From the NCBI GenBank assembly GCA_031459625.1, contig JAVKIH010000014.1, positions 1-64,000 of the forward strand: DNA of 64,000 nt, written 5' to 3'. A program made the translations under genes and the position numbers. Numbering within the stretch: position 1 is the first letter of the stretch; every line of letters begins with the position of its first letter. Positions 37,272 to 46,217 of this stretch are shown one piece after another. This DNA comes from Candidatus Geohabitans tengchongensis (GTDB taxonomy: Bacteria; Sysuimicrobiota; Sysuimicrobiia; Sysuimicrobiales; Humicultoraceae). Below the pieces are notes generated by a model. The model was not told the origin of the DNA. It was given only the letters and a program-made list of their open reading frames with translations, and did not search any database.

Positions 37272-37586
37272 TCATGGCGTACCGGTGTCGATGCGGAAGA
37301 CCTCGACTCCCGGAGGCTGCACCAGGACCTCGCTGAACTCCCGCATCCAGGCCTGGGTGGCGTCGGCCGAGCCCAGCGGATCGCTGCGGTACTGGTCGAG
37401 CTGGTCGAGGGTGGGGAGTTCCACCTCGTACTCCAGGGCTGGCTCCCCGCGTCCGCGAGTGAGCGGGACGAGGAGGCGCGCGGTCAGGCCGCGTCGCCGG
37501 GCCGCCTCCACTTCCCGTCGGATCAGCGCGATGGCCTGGTCTCGGTCGACGGGGAGGACATCGTACGCAAAGCGGACGACGTACAC
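37272..37586 (-). CDS. Hypothetical protein, NIPSNAP/dimeric alpha-beta barrel-like
   Basis: GAGGAGG RBS; ferredoxin-like pattern EYEVELPTLDQLD...W. Confidence 0.7.
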   Translation of the reverse strand: MYVVRFAYDVLPVDRDQAIALIRREVEAARRRGLTARLLVPLTRGRGEPALEYEVELPTLDQLDQYRSDPLGSADATQAWMREFSEVLVQPPGVEVFRIDTGTP

Positions 37587-37747
37587 GCGGTCACCTCCTC
37601 ACGGCAGGGGTTCCAACGACCCGCGGGCAGCCGGGGCCACATTCCCGGAGGGTAGTGGGGCGAAGCGATGCTTACGGTCCGGAGACACAGGCTGGACGCG
37701 CCCCGGGGAGCGGTCGGTCAAGGACCGGGATGGAGCGAACGACGAGG

Positions 37748-38124
37748 GGGAGCAGGCCTGTAAGCCGGGTTCTGTCCCGGACCGAAGTCCGGGGGCAGCC
37801 ATCTCTCTGGGGCCGCCAGTCACCTGCGGCCTCGAGCGGCCTACCCGGGGATCGGCGGGCCACGTCATCTCCCCCTACCTGGCCTTGCTCCGGGTGGGGT
37901 TTGCCTGGCCAGCCCGTCACCAGGCTGCCGGCCGGCTCTTACCCGGCCTTTTCACCCTTACCCCGGCTCCTGGCGACCACACCGGCCGCCCCTCATGGCC
38001 GGGGCGGTATGTTTCTGTGGCACTCTCCCTGGGGTCGCCCCCGGTGGGTGTTACCCACCACCCTGCCCTGCGGAGCCCGGACTTTCCTCGGACCACTGGG
38101 TCCGCGGCTGCCCGGCCTGCTCCC
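37748..38124 (-). ncRNA. rnpB: RNase P RNA (type A)
   Basis: GAGGAAAGTCCGGGCTCC near 5' end, ACAGAACCCGGCTTA near 3' end, terminal P1 pairing, upstream TGnTACAAT. Confidence 0.97.
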
Positions 38125-38206
38125 GACCGTCATTGTACCAGAGAACCTGCGGCCGGCGCCGGACGCGGCACGCTGGAGACGGGCCCGTCGCGGGAGCGTC
38201 GTCCCT

Positions 38207-38872
38207 TCACCCGGATTCGGGTGGCGAAGGCCCGCCCGCGCTCGTCGCAGGGCGGACAATGGGTGGGAGGAGGACGCGGATGCGTTCCTCCTGCGGGAGC
38301 GGCGCTCCCCGGCCCAGGAGGTCCCGCACGGCCTGCTCGGCCAGGGCTCGGATGTGCTGGAGCGCCTCCTCCCGCGTACGCGCGAGGATGGCCACGCCCG
38401 GCAATGCCGGGACGGTGGCCCGCACGCCCTCGGGACTCGCTTCCAGCAGGACCGTCAGGTCGAGTGCGCGCGGGGCAACGGGGCCCAGGGCCCGGTTTGC
38501 CAGCTCATCGGCGCGCCGGTTGGCTTCGCGGGGCACGTACGTCACGGTCCGGTGCCGGAATTGTCCCAGCCGAAGTCGGACCTGCTCGTACAGCGGCCGC
38601 AGACCGGGACTCTTCACCTGGTAGCGACCGGTGAGTTGCCGGACCAGCAACTGGCTGTCGGAGCGGATCTCGACCTCATCGGCCCCCATCCGCAGCACCG
38701 CGTCCAGCCCGCGGAGCAGCGCCCGGTACTCCGCCACGTTGTTGGTGGCCTCGCCGATGGCCTCTCCCAGCTCCTCCAGCGTGCGACCCCGCTCGTCCTG
38801 GATGACCACCCCGATGGCGGCCGGGCCCGGGTTGCCACGCGAGGCCCCGTCGACGTACAGGACCCGCTTCAT
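38207..38872 (-). CDS. rnhA: Ribonuclease HI with C-terminal HicB-like domain
   Basis: DGASRGNPG, TNNVAEY, SDSQL, N.RADELAN; C-terminal VPALPG...TREEAL..I. Confidence 0.92.
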   Translation of the reverse strand: MKRVLYVDGASRGNPGPAAIGVVIQDERGRTLEELGEAIGEATNNVAEYRALLRGLDAVLRMGADEVEIRSDSQLLVRQLTGRYQVKSPGLRPLYEQVRLRLGQFRHRTVTYVPREANRRADELANRALGPVAPRALDLTVLLEASPEGVRATVPALPGVAILARTREEALQHIRALAEQAVRDLLGRGAPLPQEERIRVLLPPIVRPATSAGGPSPPESG

Positions 38873-38885
38873 CACCGGGCCCGCG

Positions 38886-39650
38886 TCATGCCCCGCCGTC
38901 CGCCAGGACCAGGATGCGCCCGCACCGCTCACAGGTCAGGAGCGTCTCCGGCTCCTCCGCCAGCCGGCGCACCCGCGCTTCCGGCAGCACCACGTGGCAC
39001 CCCTCGCAGATCCCGCGCCGCGCAGCCGCGACGGCCACCCCGCCCAGGCGCTCCCGCAGCCGCTCGTAGCGTCGCCGCAGCGGTTCCTCGATGGCAGCGG
39101 CGAGGGCGTCGCGCGCCGCGGTGAGCCGGGCCAGCTCCGCTTCCAGCGCCGCCCGCTCGCGTGTCGCCGCCGCCTCGCGCTCCTCCCACTCCCGCCTGGC
39201 GGCGGCGGCCGCGTCCGTGAGGCCCCGCAGGTCCCCCAGCAGGCCCTCGGCCCGCTCCATCTGCTCGAGGATGGCGTCCTCCAGGCGACGGGCCTGGCGC
39301 TTCAGCGCCTCCACCTCCTCCTGCATGGCGGCCAGTTCCTTCGGGTTCCGGATGCGACCGGCGTAGAGGTCCTGCTCCACCCGCAGCCGTTTGGCCACCG
39401 TCGACTGCAGTGCCAGCTCGAGGGTCCGGATCTCCCGCTGGGTGGCCGCCAGCGCATCCTCTCCCGCCCGCAGGGCCTCTCCGGCAACCCGCACCCGCGC
39501 CTCCACCTCGGCATCGGGGCCGAGCGCGCGCAGGCGCTCCGCGACCCAGGCCAGGCGGGAGTCGAGTTGCTGCAGGCGGTAGAGCAGGCGTGGTGCGACC
39601 TCGGCACCCACGTCGGGCGTCGTCGCCGGCGGCTCAGGGACCTCGGCCAT
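38886..39650 (-). CDS. Coiled-coil C4 zinc-ribbon protein (DUF164-like)
   Basis: L..LQ.LD, long coiled coil, CEGC...CERCGRIL. Confidence 0.9.
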   Translation of the reverse strand: MAEVPEPPATTPDVGAEVAPRLLYRLQQLDSRLAWVAERLRALGPDAEVEARVRVAGEALRAGEDALAATQREIRTLELALQSTVAKRLRVEQDLYAGRIRNPKELAAMQEEVEALKRQARRLEDAILEQMERAEGLLGDLRGLTDAAAAARREWEEREAAATRERAALEAELARLTAARDALAAAIEEPLRRRYERLRERLGGVAVAAARRGICEGCHVVLPEARVRRLAEEPETLLTCERCGRILVLADGGA

Positions 39651-39728
39651 GGGAGTGCTTGCTTCCTGCCCGCACAGGCGACTTCCTGTCGCTGGGCAGG
39701 CAGGATGGCACCGGGTAGATTCATGGTA

Positions 39729-39789
39729 GGGCCGCCCGGATGGGGAAGAAGCAGGGGGCAACCCCTGTGTAAACCTATCCGGGCGGCTC
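39729..39789 (+). ncRNA. Candidate small structured RNA (hairpin with purine-rich internal loop and GCAA tetraloop)
   Basis: 14-16-bp outer stem and 7-bp inner stem; G-U pairs work only on plus; TAGATT at 39716-39721. Confidence 0.45.
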
Positions 39790-39807
39790 CGGGCTTGGGC
39801 GGTGCTC

Positions 39808-40548
39808 CTACCGGCGCTTCTTTCCGGCCTTTGGCTTCCCCTTGGCGGCTGGCCTGGCGCTCTTGCCCTTGGCAGCCACCGGCTTCCGCGGAGCAGGGCG
39901 AGCCGCCGGCCGCTGCGGTTGCGCCGGCTTGGCCGGGGCGGGCGCCGGCTTGGCCACCGGGCTCCCCGCCAGGGGGGCTGCGGGCTGGCCGGGGCGGATC
40001 CCCGGCCGGATCGGTGCCACCGGACGGGTGACCGGGGGACGTTGTGCGGCCTGCGGCATCGGCCGAGCGGGGGTAGCCGGCCGCGCGGGGGCGGGCGGCC
40101 GCATGGTCGGAGCGGGACGCGGGCGGGCCGTCGGTGGTGCCGGCTGCGGCTCGATCTTCAGCCGCTTGCGCTTCTCCTCCCACCAGCGCTGGTACCGCGC
40201 CCCCAGAGCCTCGAAGTGGTCGAAGAGGTCCGGCCACTCGAGTTCGCGCCGCATCCCCTGGATGATCGGCTCAACCTTGGCCCAGGGGACCGGGAAAAGC
40301 TCGAAGACCGCCTCAGGGTCGATGGCCCCCCCCTCGACCAGCACGCCCAGGCTGTCATAGAAGTTGGCGACACGGATCAGGTTGTTGAACCGGATGCTGC
40401 CCGGAGGGGCCTCGATGATGAACTGCTCGTAGTCGGCGAAGTCGAACTGGAAGACGATGTACTGCATCGCCTCCAGGTTCTGGGGCGTGTCAGCCAGCGC
40501 GATCAGCCGGAGGGCAACGTCAACCTCGGCCGGCTTGAGCCTCTTCAA
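39808..40548 (-). CDS. DUF4760-like domain protein with Pro/Ala/Lys-rich tail
   Basis: NFYDSLGVLV..GAID...W..VEP.I...R...F.HFE.L; basic low-complexity C-terminus. Confidence 0.75.
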   Translation of the reverse strand: MKRLKPAEVDVALRLIALADTPQNLEAMQYIVFQFDFADYEQFIIEAPPGSIRFNNLIRVANFYDSLGVLVEGGAIDPEAVFELFPVPWAKVEPIIQGMRRELEWPDLFDHFEALGARYQRWWEEKRKRLKIEPQPAPPTARPRPAPTMRPPAPARPATPARPMPQAAQRPPVTRPVAPIRPGIRPGQPAAPLAGSPVAKPAPAPAKPAQPQRPAARPAPRKPVAAKGKSARPAAKGKPKAGKKRR

Positions 40549-40905
40549 TCGGCGTCACCTCTGTGGCCGCAGGGGCCCTCAATTCCCGGTCCGTCCCGGG
40601 GCCGTCACTGCCTCTCTAACGCACCCTTCCACCCAAAATTCGCCCTTGACGACTGAATCCCTTTCAATGCGGCGAAACTGTCCGTTAGGGCGGCATTCAT
40701 GGGCATATTCCCTGGCCTTTTTGGCATTGGCGGTGCCAAGGAGTCGATCAGGCGGAGGGAGGGGATATCACCCACAAAACATATTATAACAGGGACGAAG
40801 GGCGGCTAAAAGAGGGTTTATGCTATACTTCTCGAGACGGCCCCGGGGGGGCCTGTGGTCCCCTCAGGGGCAAGTCCCGGCGTTGTACGCCGTGGAGCGA
40901 GCGGC

Positions 40906-40980
40906 GGGCGAGTAGCTCAACGGGAGAGCGCCTCCTTTACACGGAGGAGGCCGGGGGTTCGACACCCTCCTCGCCCACCA
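40906..40980 (+). tRNA. tRNA-Val(TAC)
   Basis: Cloverleaf; anticodon arm cctcc-tttacac-ggagg; GGTTCGA; CCA end; upstream TGCTATACT extended -10. Confidence 0.97.
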
Positions 40981-41123
40981 CTGCCCTGTGTCCCCGGCCC
41001 CACGGGGAGCTTTGTGTCCCCGGCCCCCGGGCCAAGACGCGGGCCGACCCCCGACCCTCCATGGGCGCCCAGGAGAGGCGCAGGCGCGCCCGAGGACCGG
41101 AGGATCGGGGGTCTGCGGCGACG

Positions 41124-41489
41124 TCAGCCTCGCTTCAAGTACCCCAGCCGCGTCCAGACCTCCCGCAGCGTCATGCGGCGCGGGTCCGCCCCCTCGGTCC
41201 GCACCTCGTCCAGAGGGCGTCGCGAGGGTTCCTCGGTGACCGACCGCACGAGGTGCTCGCCCTTGGGCGTGAGGATGAACCGCACCGCCCGCCGGGTCTC
41301 GTTCGACCGCAGGACCTCCAGGTACCCCTCCTGCACGGCGAACCGGCAGGCGGTGTAGATCTGGTCCAGGGTCAGGTCGCACCGACGGCTGATCTCCACG
41401 ACCGACAGGCCGTGGGCCCGCCAGGAGGTCGCCTCGTAGAGGACGCGCAGCACGCCGCCCACCCACGCCAGGATTTCCGGGCTCACCAT
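41124..41489 (-). CDS. Winged-helix-like hypothetical protein
   Basis: LSVVEISRRCDL...L/V.EGYLE...FILTPKG pattern. Confidence 0.7.
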   Translation of the reverse strand: MVSPEILAWVGGVLRVLYEATSWRAHGLSVVEISRRCDLTLDQIYTACRFAVQEGYLEVLRSNETRRAVRFILTPKGEHLVRSVTEEPSRRPLDEVRTEGADPRRMTLREVWTRLGYLKRG

Positions 41490-41691
41490 CAGCAGCTCCC
41501 CCTCCCCCCGCACGTCGGTACGACAGAGGACGATGCCAAGCACACGGACCGCAGACGCCGGGGTGCCTGCTGGACTCGGTCAGGTTGTGGCTGAACTGGC
41601 TGGCTCGCTAACGTTATGCCCAGGCAGCTCCGGGCGTAGACATCGCGGGCCTAAGGAGGTTGCAGACCACCCAGGTCGTGGGCGCCGGCGG

Positions 41692-41718
41692 TTGTCCACG
41701 TTGTCCACGCCGTCCACA
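41692..41718 (+). repeat. Three tandem 9-mers resembling DnaA boxes
   Basis: TTGTCCACG TTGTCCACG CCGTCCACA. Confidence 0.6.
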
Positions 41719-41740
41719 GCGGCCGAACGGAAGTTTCGGA

Positions 41741-41769
41741 TTGACCGCCCACCGCCCTCGCCGTAGAGT
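41741..41769 (+). promoter_or_regulatory. Sigma70-type promoter
   Basis: TTGACC-N17-TAGAGT. Confidence 0.65.
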
Positions 41770-41775
41770 GGGCAC

Positions 41776-41865
41776 CGTCAGCGGTGCGCTGGCGGCTAGA
41801 TGGGAGGAGGCACTCCTCCGGGAGCGGCCCGGCCTAACTTCCGCCGTGCGGCCGCTGACGCTTTT
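41776..41865 (+). ncRNA. Candidate small RNA or structured leader (about 90 nt)
   Basis: 5' end at the predicted TSS pairs with the 3' end (CGTCAGCGG/CCGCTGACG); inner hairpin; TTTT tail. Confidence 0.5.
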
Positions 41866-42156
41866 CCCCCCGAGGTCTGCGGAGACGTGCCCCGGAAACG
41901 AGTTCCCGCCCCGCGGCCCACTCCCTCCATTGCCTAGAAGGCCTACGCCCTGGCCGTCCGACCCTGGAGTGTAGGGTCTCGCCGCCTCCGCCCCTACCCA
42001 CCCGAGGGCGGAGGCCGATCCCACGCGCGAGGGCGCACTGCTCCCGGGGTCCGACCGGGCGAGGCCGATTCCCTCGGCGGGGCCATTCGGAAGATTCACG
42101 CGAAGCGGTACGGCTGACGGTGACCCTGACCGGCGGGCCCGGTGGAGGTGAGGCAG

Positions 42157-42825
42157 GTGGGGAACCGTCAGATGCTCCGGGTGGTGGTGATCGCCACGAG
42201 TGCTTGGCTCGTCGGGTGTGGTGGGGCGGCGGGCGTCCTTCCCCCTCCCCCGACGGCAGGACCGCTGCCGACGGTCGAACGGACGTACACGGACGCCAGC
42301 GGCGATGCGCAGGCAGACACGGGAACTGCCTACGATGTCACCCAGGTGGTGACCCGTCGGCTGGACACGGCCCCGTTCGGTGCCTACGACACGATGGAGG
42401 TGGAGATCGTCTTGGCGCAGTCGGTGCGGCTTCCGGATCCCGGAACGCGCGCGGGCGGCGGGGCCCGCCTGGGGTTCCGCCTCTACCTCGACACCGACCA
42501 GGACGGGGCGACTGGCCCGATCACCGACCCGGGGTGCACCTTCGCGGGGAACGAGTTCCTGGTGAACGGGTTCGACCGGCGCCTGGACTCCGGCGCCTAC
42601 GAGGTGCAGGGTGAACCGTGGAACGGGACGAGCGGCCAGATGGTCGGGGAGGCGTCCGTGACCCGGGACGAGGTGCACCACACGATCATCCGTATCCGCG
42701 TGCCCCTCAGCACCCTGGGGAACGACGACGGGCAGATGCGCGTTGCCCTGCGCGTCGGCAACGGCGACGACCGGACGACGGACTGCGCACCGGAAGCCGG
42801 ACAGGCCTTCACAACGGGCCGGTAG
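42157..42825 (+). CDS. Putative lipoprotein
   Basis: Signal peptide with LVGC lipobox; D-rich beta-type body (YLDTDQD). Confidence 0.8.
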   Translation: MGNRQMLRVVVIATSAWLVGCGGAAGVLPPPPTAGPLPTVERTYTDASGDAQADTGTAYDVTQVVTRRLDTAPFGAYDTMEVEIVLAQSVRLPDPGTRAGGGARLGFRLYLDTDQDGATGPITDPGCTFAGNEFLVNGFDRRLDSGAYEVQGEPWNGTSGQMVGEASVTRDEVHHTIIRIRVPLSTLGNDDGQMRVALRVGNGDDRTTDCAPEAGQAFTTGR

Positions 42826-42858
42826 CAGACCGGGGAGGGTGAGCAGGCCAGAGCGGGG

Positions 42859-43551
42859 TCAGTCCACGGGGCGGATGCCGACCTCGTCCAGGTGCCGGCG
42901 CAGGTCGGCCGGGTCCTCGTAGACGCGGTACGCGCCGGCGCGGTGGAGCTCGTCCTCGCCATAGCCGCCCGAGAGGAGTCCCACGCCCAGCGCCCGGGCG
43001 CGGCGCGCCGCCAGCAGGTCCCAGACGCTGTCGCCGACCACCACGCAGGAGGTGATCGGCACCCCCAGGCGCTCCGCCGCGGCGAGAAAGAGGTCGGGGT
43101 CGGGCTTCGCGCGCGTGACCAGGTCGCGGGTGATCACCGGGACGCCCGGGGGGATCTCCAGCAGCTGAAGCGCCGGAGCGGCACTCTCCCGGCGGCCGCT
43201 CGTCGCCACGGCCCAGGGGACGCCCATGCGGGTGAGGTGGGCCAGCAGCGCCCGGGCCCCCGGCAGCGGGCGCACCTGTGACACCAGGCGGCCATACGCC
43301 TCCTGGTGCAGCCGCTGGATGCGCGCCACCTCCTCCGCGGTCACGGACCGGCCGATCTCCCGCAGGAGCGCGTTGATGAAGAGCCCGCCGCTCATGCCGA
43401 TGCGGCGGTGGATGCGCCACACCGCCAGCTCGATGCCCACCGCCTCGAGCGCTTCCCGCCAGGCCAGGACGTGCTGGTAGACGCTGTCCACCAGCGTGCC
43501 GTCCAGGTCGAAGAGCAGCGCGGGCTCCAGGGCGGGGCGGGCCTCCGCCAT
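42859..43551 (-). CDS. HAD family hydrolase
   Basis: FDLDGTLVDS, ATS, KPDPD, VGDSVWD. Confidence 0.95.
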   Translation of the reverse strand: MAEARPALEPALLFDLDGTLVDSVYQHVLAWREALEAVGIELAVWRIHRRIGMSGGLFINALLREIGRSVTAEEVARIQRLHQEAYGRLVSQVRPLPGARALLAHLTRMGVPWAVATSGRRESAAPALQLLEIPPGVPVITRDLVTRAKPDPDLFLAAAERLGVPITSCVVVGDSVWDLLAARRARALGVGLLSGGYGEDELHRAGAYRVYEDPADLRRHLDEVGIRPVD

Positions 43552-43552
43552 C

Positions 43553-44617
43553 TCACAGGGTGGACTCGCCGACGAGGACGATCGCCGGACCGGGCGTCCC
43601 CACCAGGTTGCCGCCCGCGCGCTTGGCCGCGTACATGGCCCGGTCCGCCGCCTCCAGCAGGTCGTCGGGGTTCCGGCCGTGCTCGGGGGCCACGGCCACC
43701 CCGGCGCTCACCGTCACGCGGATCCCCTGGACCTCCAGGGCGGCGATGCGCCGGCGGATGCGGTCGGCCACCTCGACCGCCACGGCCGAAGAGGCCCGCG
43801 GCAACACCGTGACGAACTCGTCCCCGCCGAAGCGGGCGGCCAGGTCCATCCCCCGGCTGCTGGTGCGCAGGACGTCCGCCACCGCCCGCAGCACGGCGTC
43901 GCCGGCCAGGTGGCCGTAGCGGTCGTTCACCTGCTTGAACCGGTCCACCTCGAAGAGCACCACCGCGACTTCCTCACCGGTGCGCTCCATCCGTGCCAGT
44001 TCCCGCTGCAGCGCCTCCCACAGGCCCCGGTGGTTCACCAGCCCGGTGAGCCCGTCGCGCAGGGCCTGGGCGGTGAGCTCGTCGTCGCGGCGGGCCCGCA
44101 CGATGGCCAGCGCGGCCAGCGTGGCGAACGCCTCCAGGACGGCGCGCACCGTCGGGGGGAAGTCGTCCTCCGCCGTGCTCTCCACGTCCAGGACGCCGAT
44201 CACCCGCCCGTCCACCACCAGCGGCAGGGCCAGCTCCGACTGCACTCCGGCTGCCCCCTCGACGTAGCGGGGCTCCCGGCGGACGTCGGGGGCGTAGAAG
44301 GCCTCGCCCGTGGCAGCCACGTGCCCGACGATCCCCTCCGTGCCGATGCGGAAGCGGCGCGTGGCCGCGAAGGCGGGGTCGACGCTGCGGTGCGCCTCGA
44401 TGTAGAGCTCGCGGGCGGGCTCGTCGACCAGCAGGACGGCGGCGATGCTGTAGCCGAAGAGGCCGACGATCTGGTCGAGGATCTCCTCCAGGACCTCGCG
44501 CAGGTTGCGCGGGCGGAGCAGGCGGCGGGCCACATCGAGGAGCCCGGGCAGGGCGTTCTGCACGATCTGCGGGAGGGACGCCTGGGGGTCCGGGTCAGGC
44601 TGGGGCCGGTCGGCCAT
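43553..44617 (-). CDS. GAF-GGDEF diguanylate cyclase
   Basis: GAF domain; FKQVND.YGH..GD, RGMD I-site, ARFGGDEF. Confidence 0.93.
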   Translation of the reverse strand: MADRPQPDPDPQASLPQIVQNALPGLLDVARRLLRPRNLREVLEEILDQIVGLFGYSIAAVLLVDEPARELYIEAHRSVDPAFAATRRFRIGTEGIVGHVAATGEAFYAPDVRREPRYVEGAAGVQSELALPLVVDGRVIGVLDVESTAEDDFPPTVRAVLEAFATLAALAIVRARRDDELTAQALRDGLTGLVNHRGLWEALQRELARMERTGEEVAVVLFEVDRFKQVNDRYGHLAGDAVLRAVADVLRTSSRGMDLAARFGGDEFVTVLPRASSAVAVEVADRIRRRIAALEVQGIRVTVSAGVAVAPEHGRNPDDLLEAADRAMYAAKRAGGNLVGTPGPAIVLVGESTL

Positions 44618-44623
44618 GGCCGG

Positions 44624-45907
44624 TCAGACGACTTCCAGGGCGACCTCGCCGCCGACGCGGAAGACCTGAGCCCCCAGCCCCCGCAGCTTCGCCACCATCC
44701 CCTCGTAGCCGCGGTCGATGTTCTCGATGCCGCTGACCTCGGTCGTCCCCGTCGCCGCCAGTCCGCCGATGACGACGGCCGCGCCGGCCCGGATGTCGAG
44801 GGCCTCGACGGGGGCCCCGGTGAGGGTCGGGACACCGTGGACGTGCACGGTATCCCCGTCGAGGCGGATGTCGGCGCCGAGCCGACGCAGCTCGTCGACG
44901 TACCCGAAGCGCGACTCGTAGATGGTCTCGCGCACGGTGGAGACGCCGCGGGCGCGGGTCAGCGCGGCGACGAGCGGCGGGTGGAGGTCGGTGGCGAAGC
45001 CCGGGTAGGGGGCGGTGTCCACGTCCACGCCGCTCAGCTCACCCGTGACGCGCACGCGCACCCCGTCCGGTTCCACCAGGATCTCCGCCCCCGCCTCCGC
45101 CAGCTTCGCCAGCAGCGCCTGCAGGTGCTCGGGGATGAGCCCGGCCACCTGGACGTCCCCCCCGGTGGCGACGCCGCAGAGCAGGTAGGTGCCGGCCTCG
45201 ATGCGGTCGGGGATGATCGCGTACTGGGCGCCGTGCAGCGCCGGGACCCCCTGGATGGTGATGGTATCCGTGCCGGCGCCGCGCACGCGGGCGCCCATGA
45301 GGTTCAGGAAGACGGCGGTGTCGACCACCTCGGGCTCGCGGGCGGCGTTCTGCAGCCGGGTGGTGCCGCGGGCCAGGCTGGCGGCCATCATCAGGTTGAT
45401 GGTCGTGCCTACGCTGCTGCGGGGGACGTAGAACTGCGTGGCCCGCAGCCGGGTGCGCCGGCCGAGGGTCGCCTTCATGTAGCCGTGCTCGGTGGTCACC
45501 TCGGCGCCCAGCGCGGCGAAGCCGCGCATGTGGAAGTCCACCGGGCGCGAGCCGATGGAGCACCCGCCCGGCAGCGGCACCTCGGCCCGGCCCAGGCGCC
45601 CGAGCAGCAGCCCGGCCGTGTAGAAGGAGGCCCGCATCCGACGCACCAAGTCGTAGGCCGGCCGGTGGCCGCGCAGCTCGCGGGCGTCGATGACCATGCG
45701 CCCGCCGGCGAAGTCGATGCGCACGCCCAGGCCCTGCAGGATCTCGCTCAGGGTGAGGACGTCCTGGCAGTGGGGGACGTTCTCCAGCACCGAGACGTCG
45801 GGGGCGAGACAGGCCGCCACCATGACGGCCAGCGAGGAGTTCTTGGCACCGGAGACCCGGACGGTGCCGCGCAGCGGGTGGCCCCCGTTGATGACGATCC
45901 GTTCCAC
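44624..45907 (-). CDS. murA: UDP-GlcNAc 1-carboxyvinyltransferase
   Basis: SGAKN, LPGGCSIGSRP, NAAREPE, PYPGFATD, LDIRAGAA. Confidence 0.98.
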   Translation of the reverse strand: MERIVINGGHPLRGTVRVSGAKNSSLAVMVAACLAPDVSVLENVPHCQDVLTLSEILQGLGVRIDFAGGRMVIDARELRGHRPAYDLVRRMRASFYTAGLLLGRLGRAEVPLPGGCSIGSRPVDFHMRGFAALGAEVTTEHGYMKATLGRRTRLRATQFYVPRSSVGTTINLMMAASLARGTTRLQNAAREPEVVDTAVFLNLMGARVRGAGTDTITIQGVPALHGAQYAIIPDRIEAGTYLLCGVATGGDVQVAGLIPEHLQALLAKLAEAGAEILVEPDGVRVRVTGELSGVDVDTAPYPGFATDLHPPLVAALTRARGVSTVRETIYESRFGYVDELRRLGADIRLDGDTVHVHGVPTLTGAPVEALDIRAGAAVVIGGLAATGTTEVSGIENIDRGYEGMVAKLRGLGAQVFRVGGEVALEVV

Positions 45908-45953
45908 TGCGGACCTCCCTGCGGGGCCGGCCCCGCCGTGGCCCCCGAGCGCC

Positions 45954-46217
45954 TCAGGGGTGCAGGCGCTCCTGGACGTAGGTGCGCACCAGCTCCTCGA
46001 GCAGCGCCAGGCGGTCGACCTGGCGGATCACGGTGCGGGCGTCGCGGTGGCTGGTGATGTAGGTGGGGTCACCCGAGAGGAGGTAGCCGACGATCTGGTC
46101 CACCGGGTTGTACCCCTTTTCCGCGAGCGCCGCGTAGACGTAGGCCAGGACGTCGCGGACGTCCCGCAGGGGTGGCGCCCCCAGCCGGAAGACGCCCGTG
46201 CGCTCCTGCTCCGTCAT
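45954..46217 (-). CDS. ireB: IreB/ReoM family regulatory phosphoprotein (UPF0297)
   Basis: [25 protein letters not shown]; Thr at position 7. Confidence 0.93.
   Translation of the reverse strand: MTEQERTGVFRLGAPPLRDVRDVLAYVYAALAEKGYNPVDQIVGYLLSGDPTYITSHRDARTVIRQVDRLALLEELVRTYVQERLHP

Noticed and set aside
40770..40790. NrdR-box-like sequence ACAAAACATATTATA
   Set aside because: About 11/15 match, single copy, and no nrd gene nearby; more likely an AT-rich promoter element.
40987..41026. 15-bp direct repeat TGTGTCCCCGGCCCC after tRNA-Val as an integration site
   Set aside because: It is not a copy of the tRNA 3' end, the copies are only 25 nt apart, and no integrase is present.
41692..41718. 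Replication origin
   Set aside because: Only three box-like 9-mers, no AT-rich unwinding element, and no dnaA/dnaN context.
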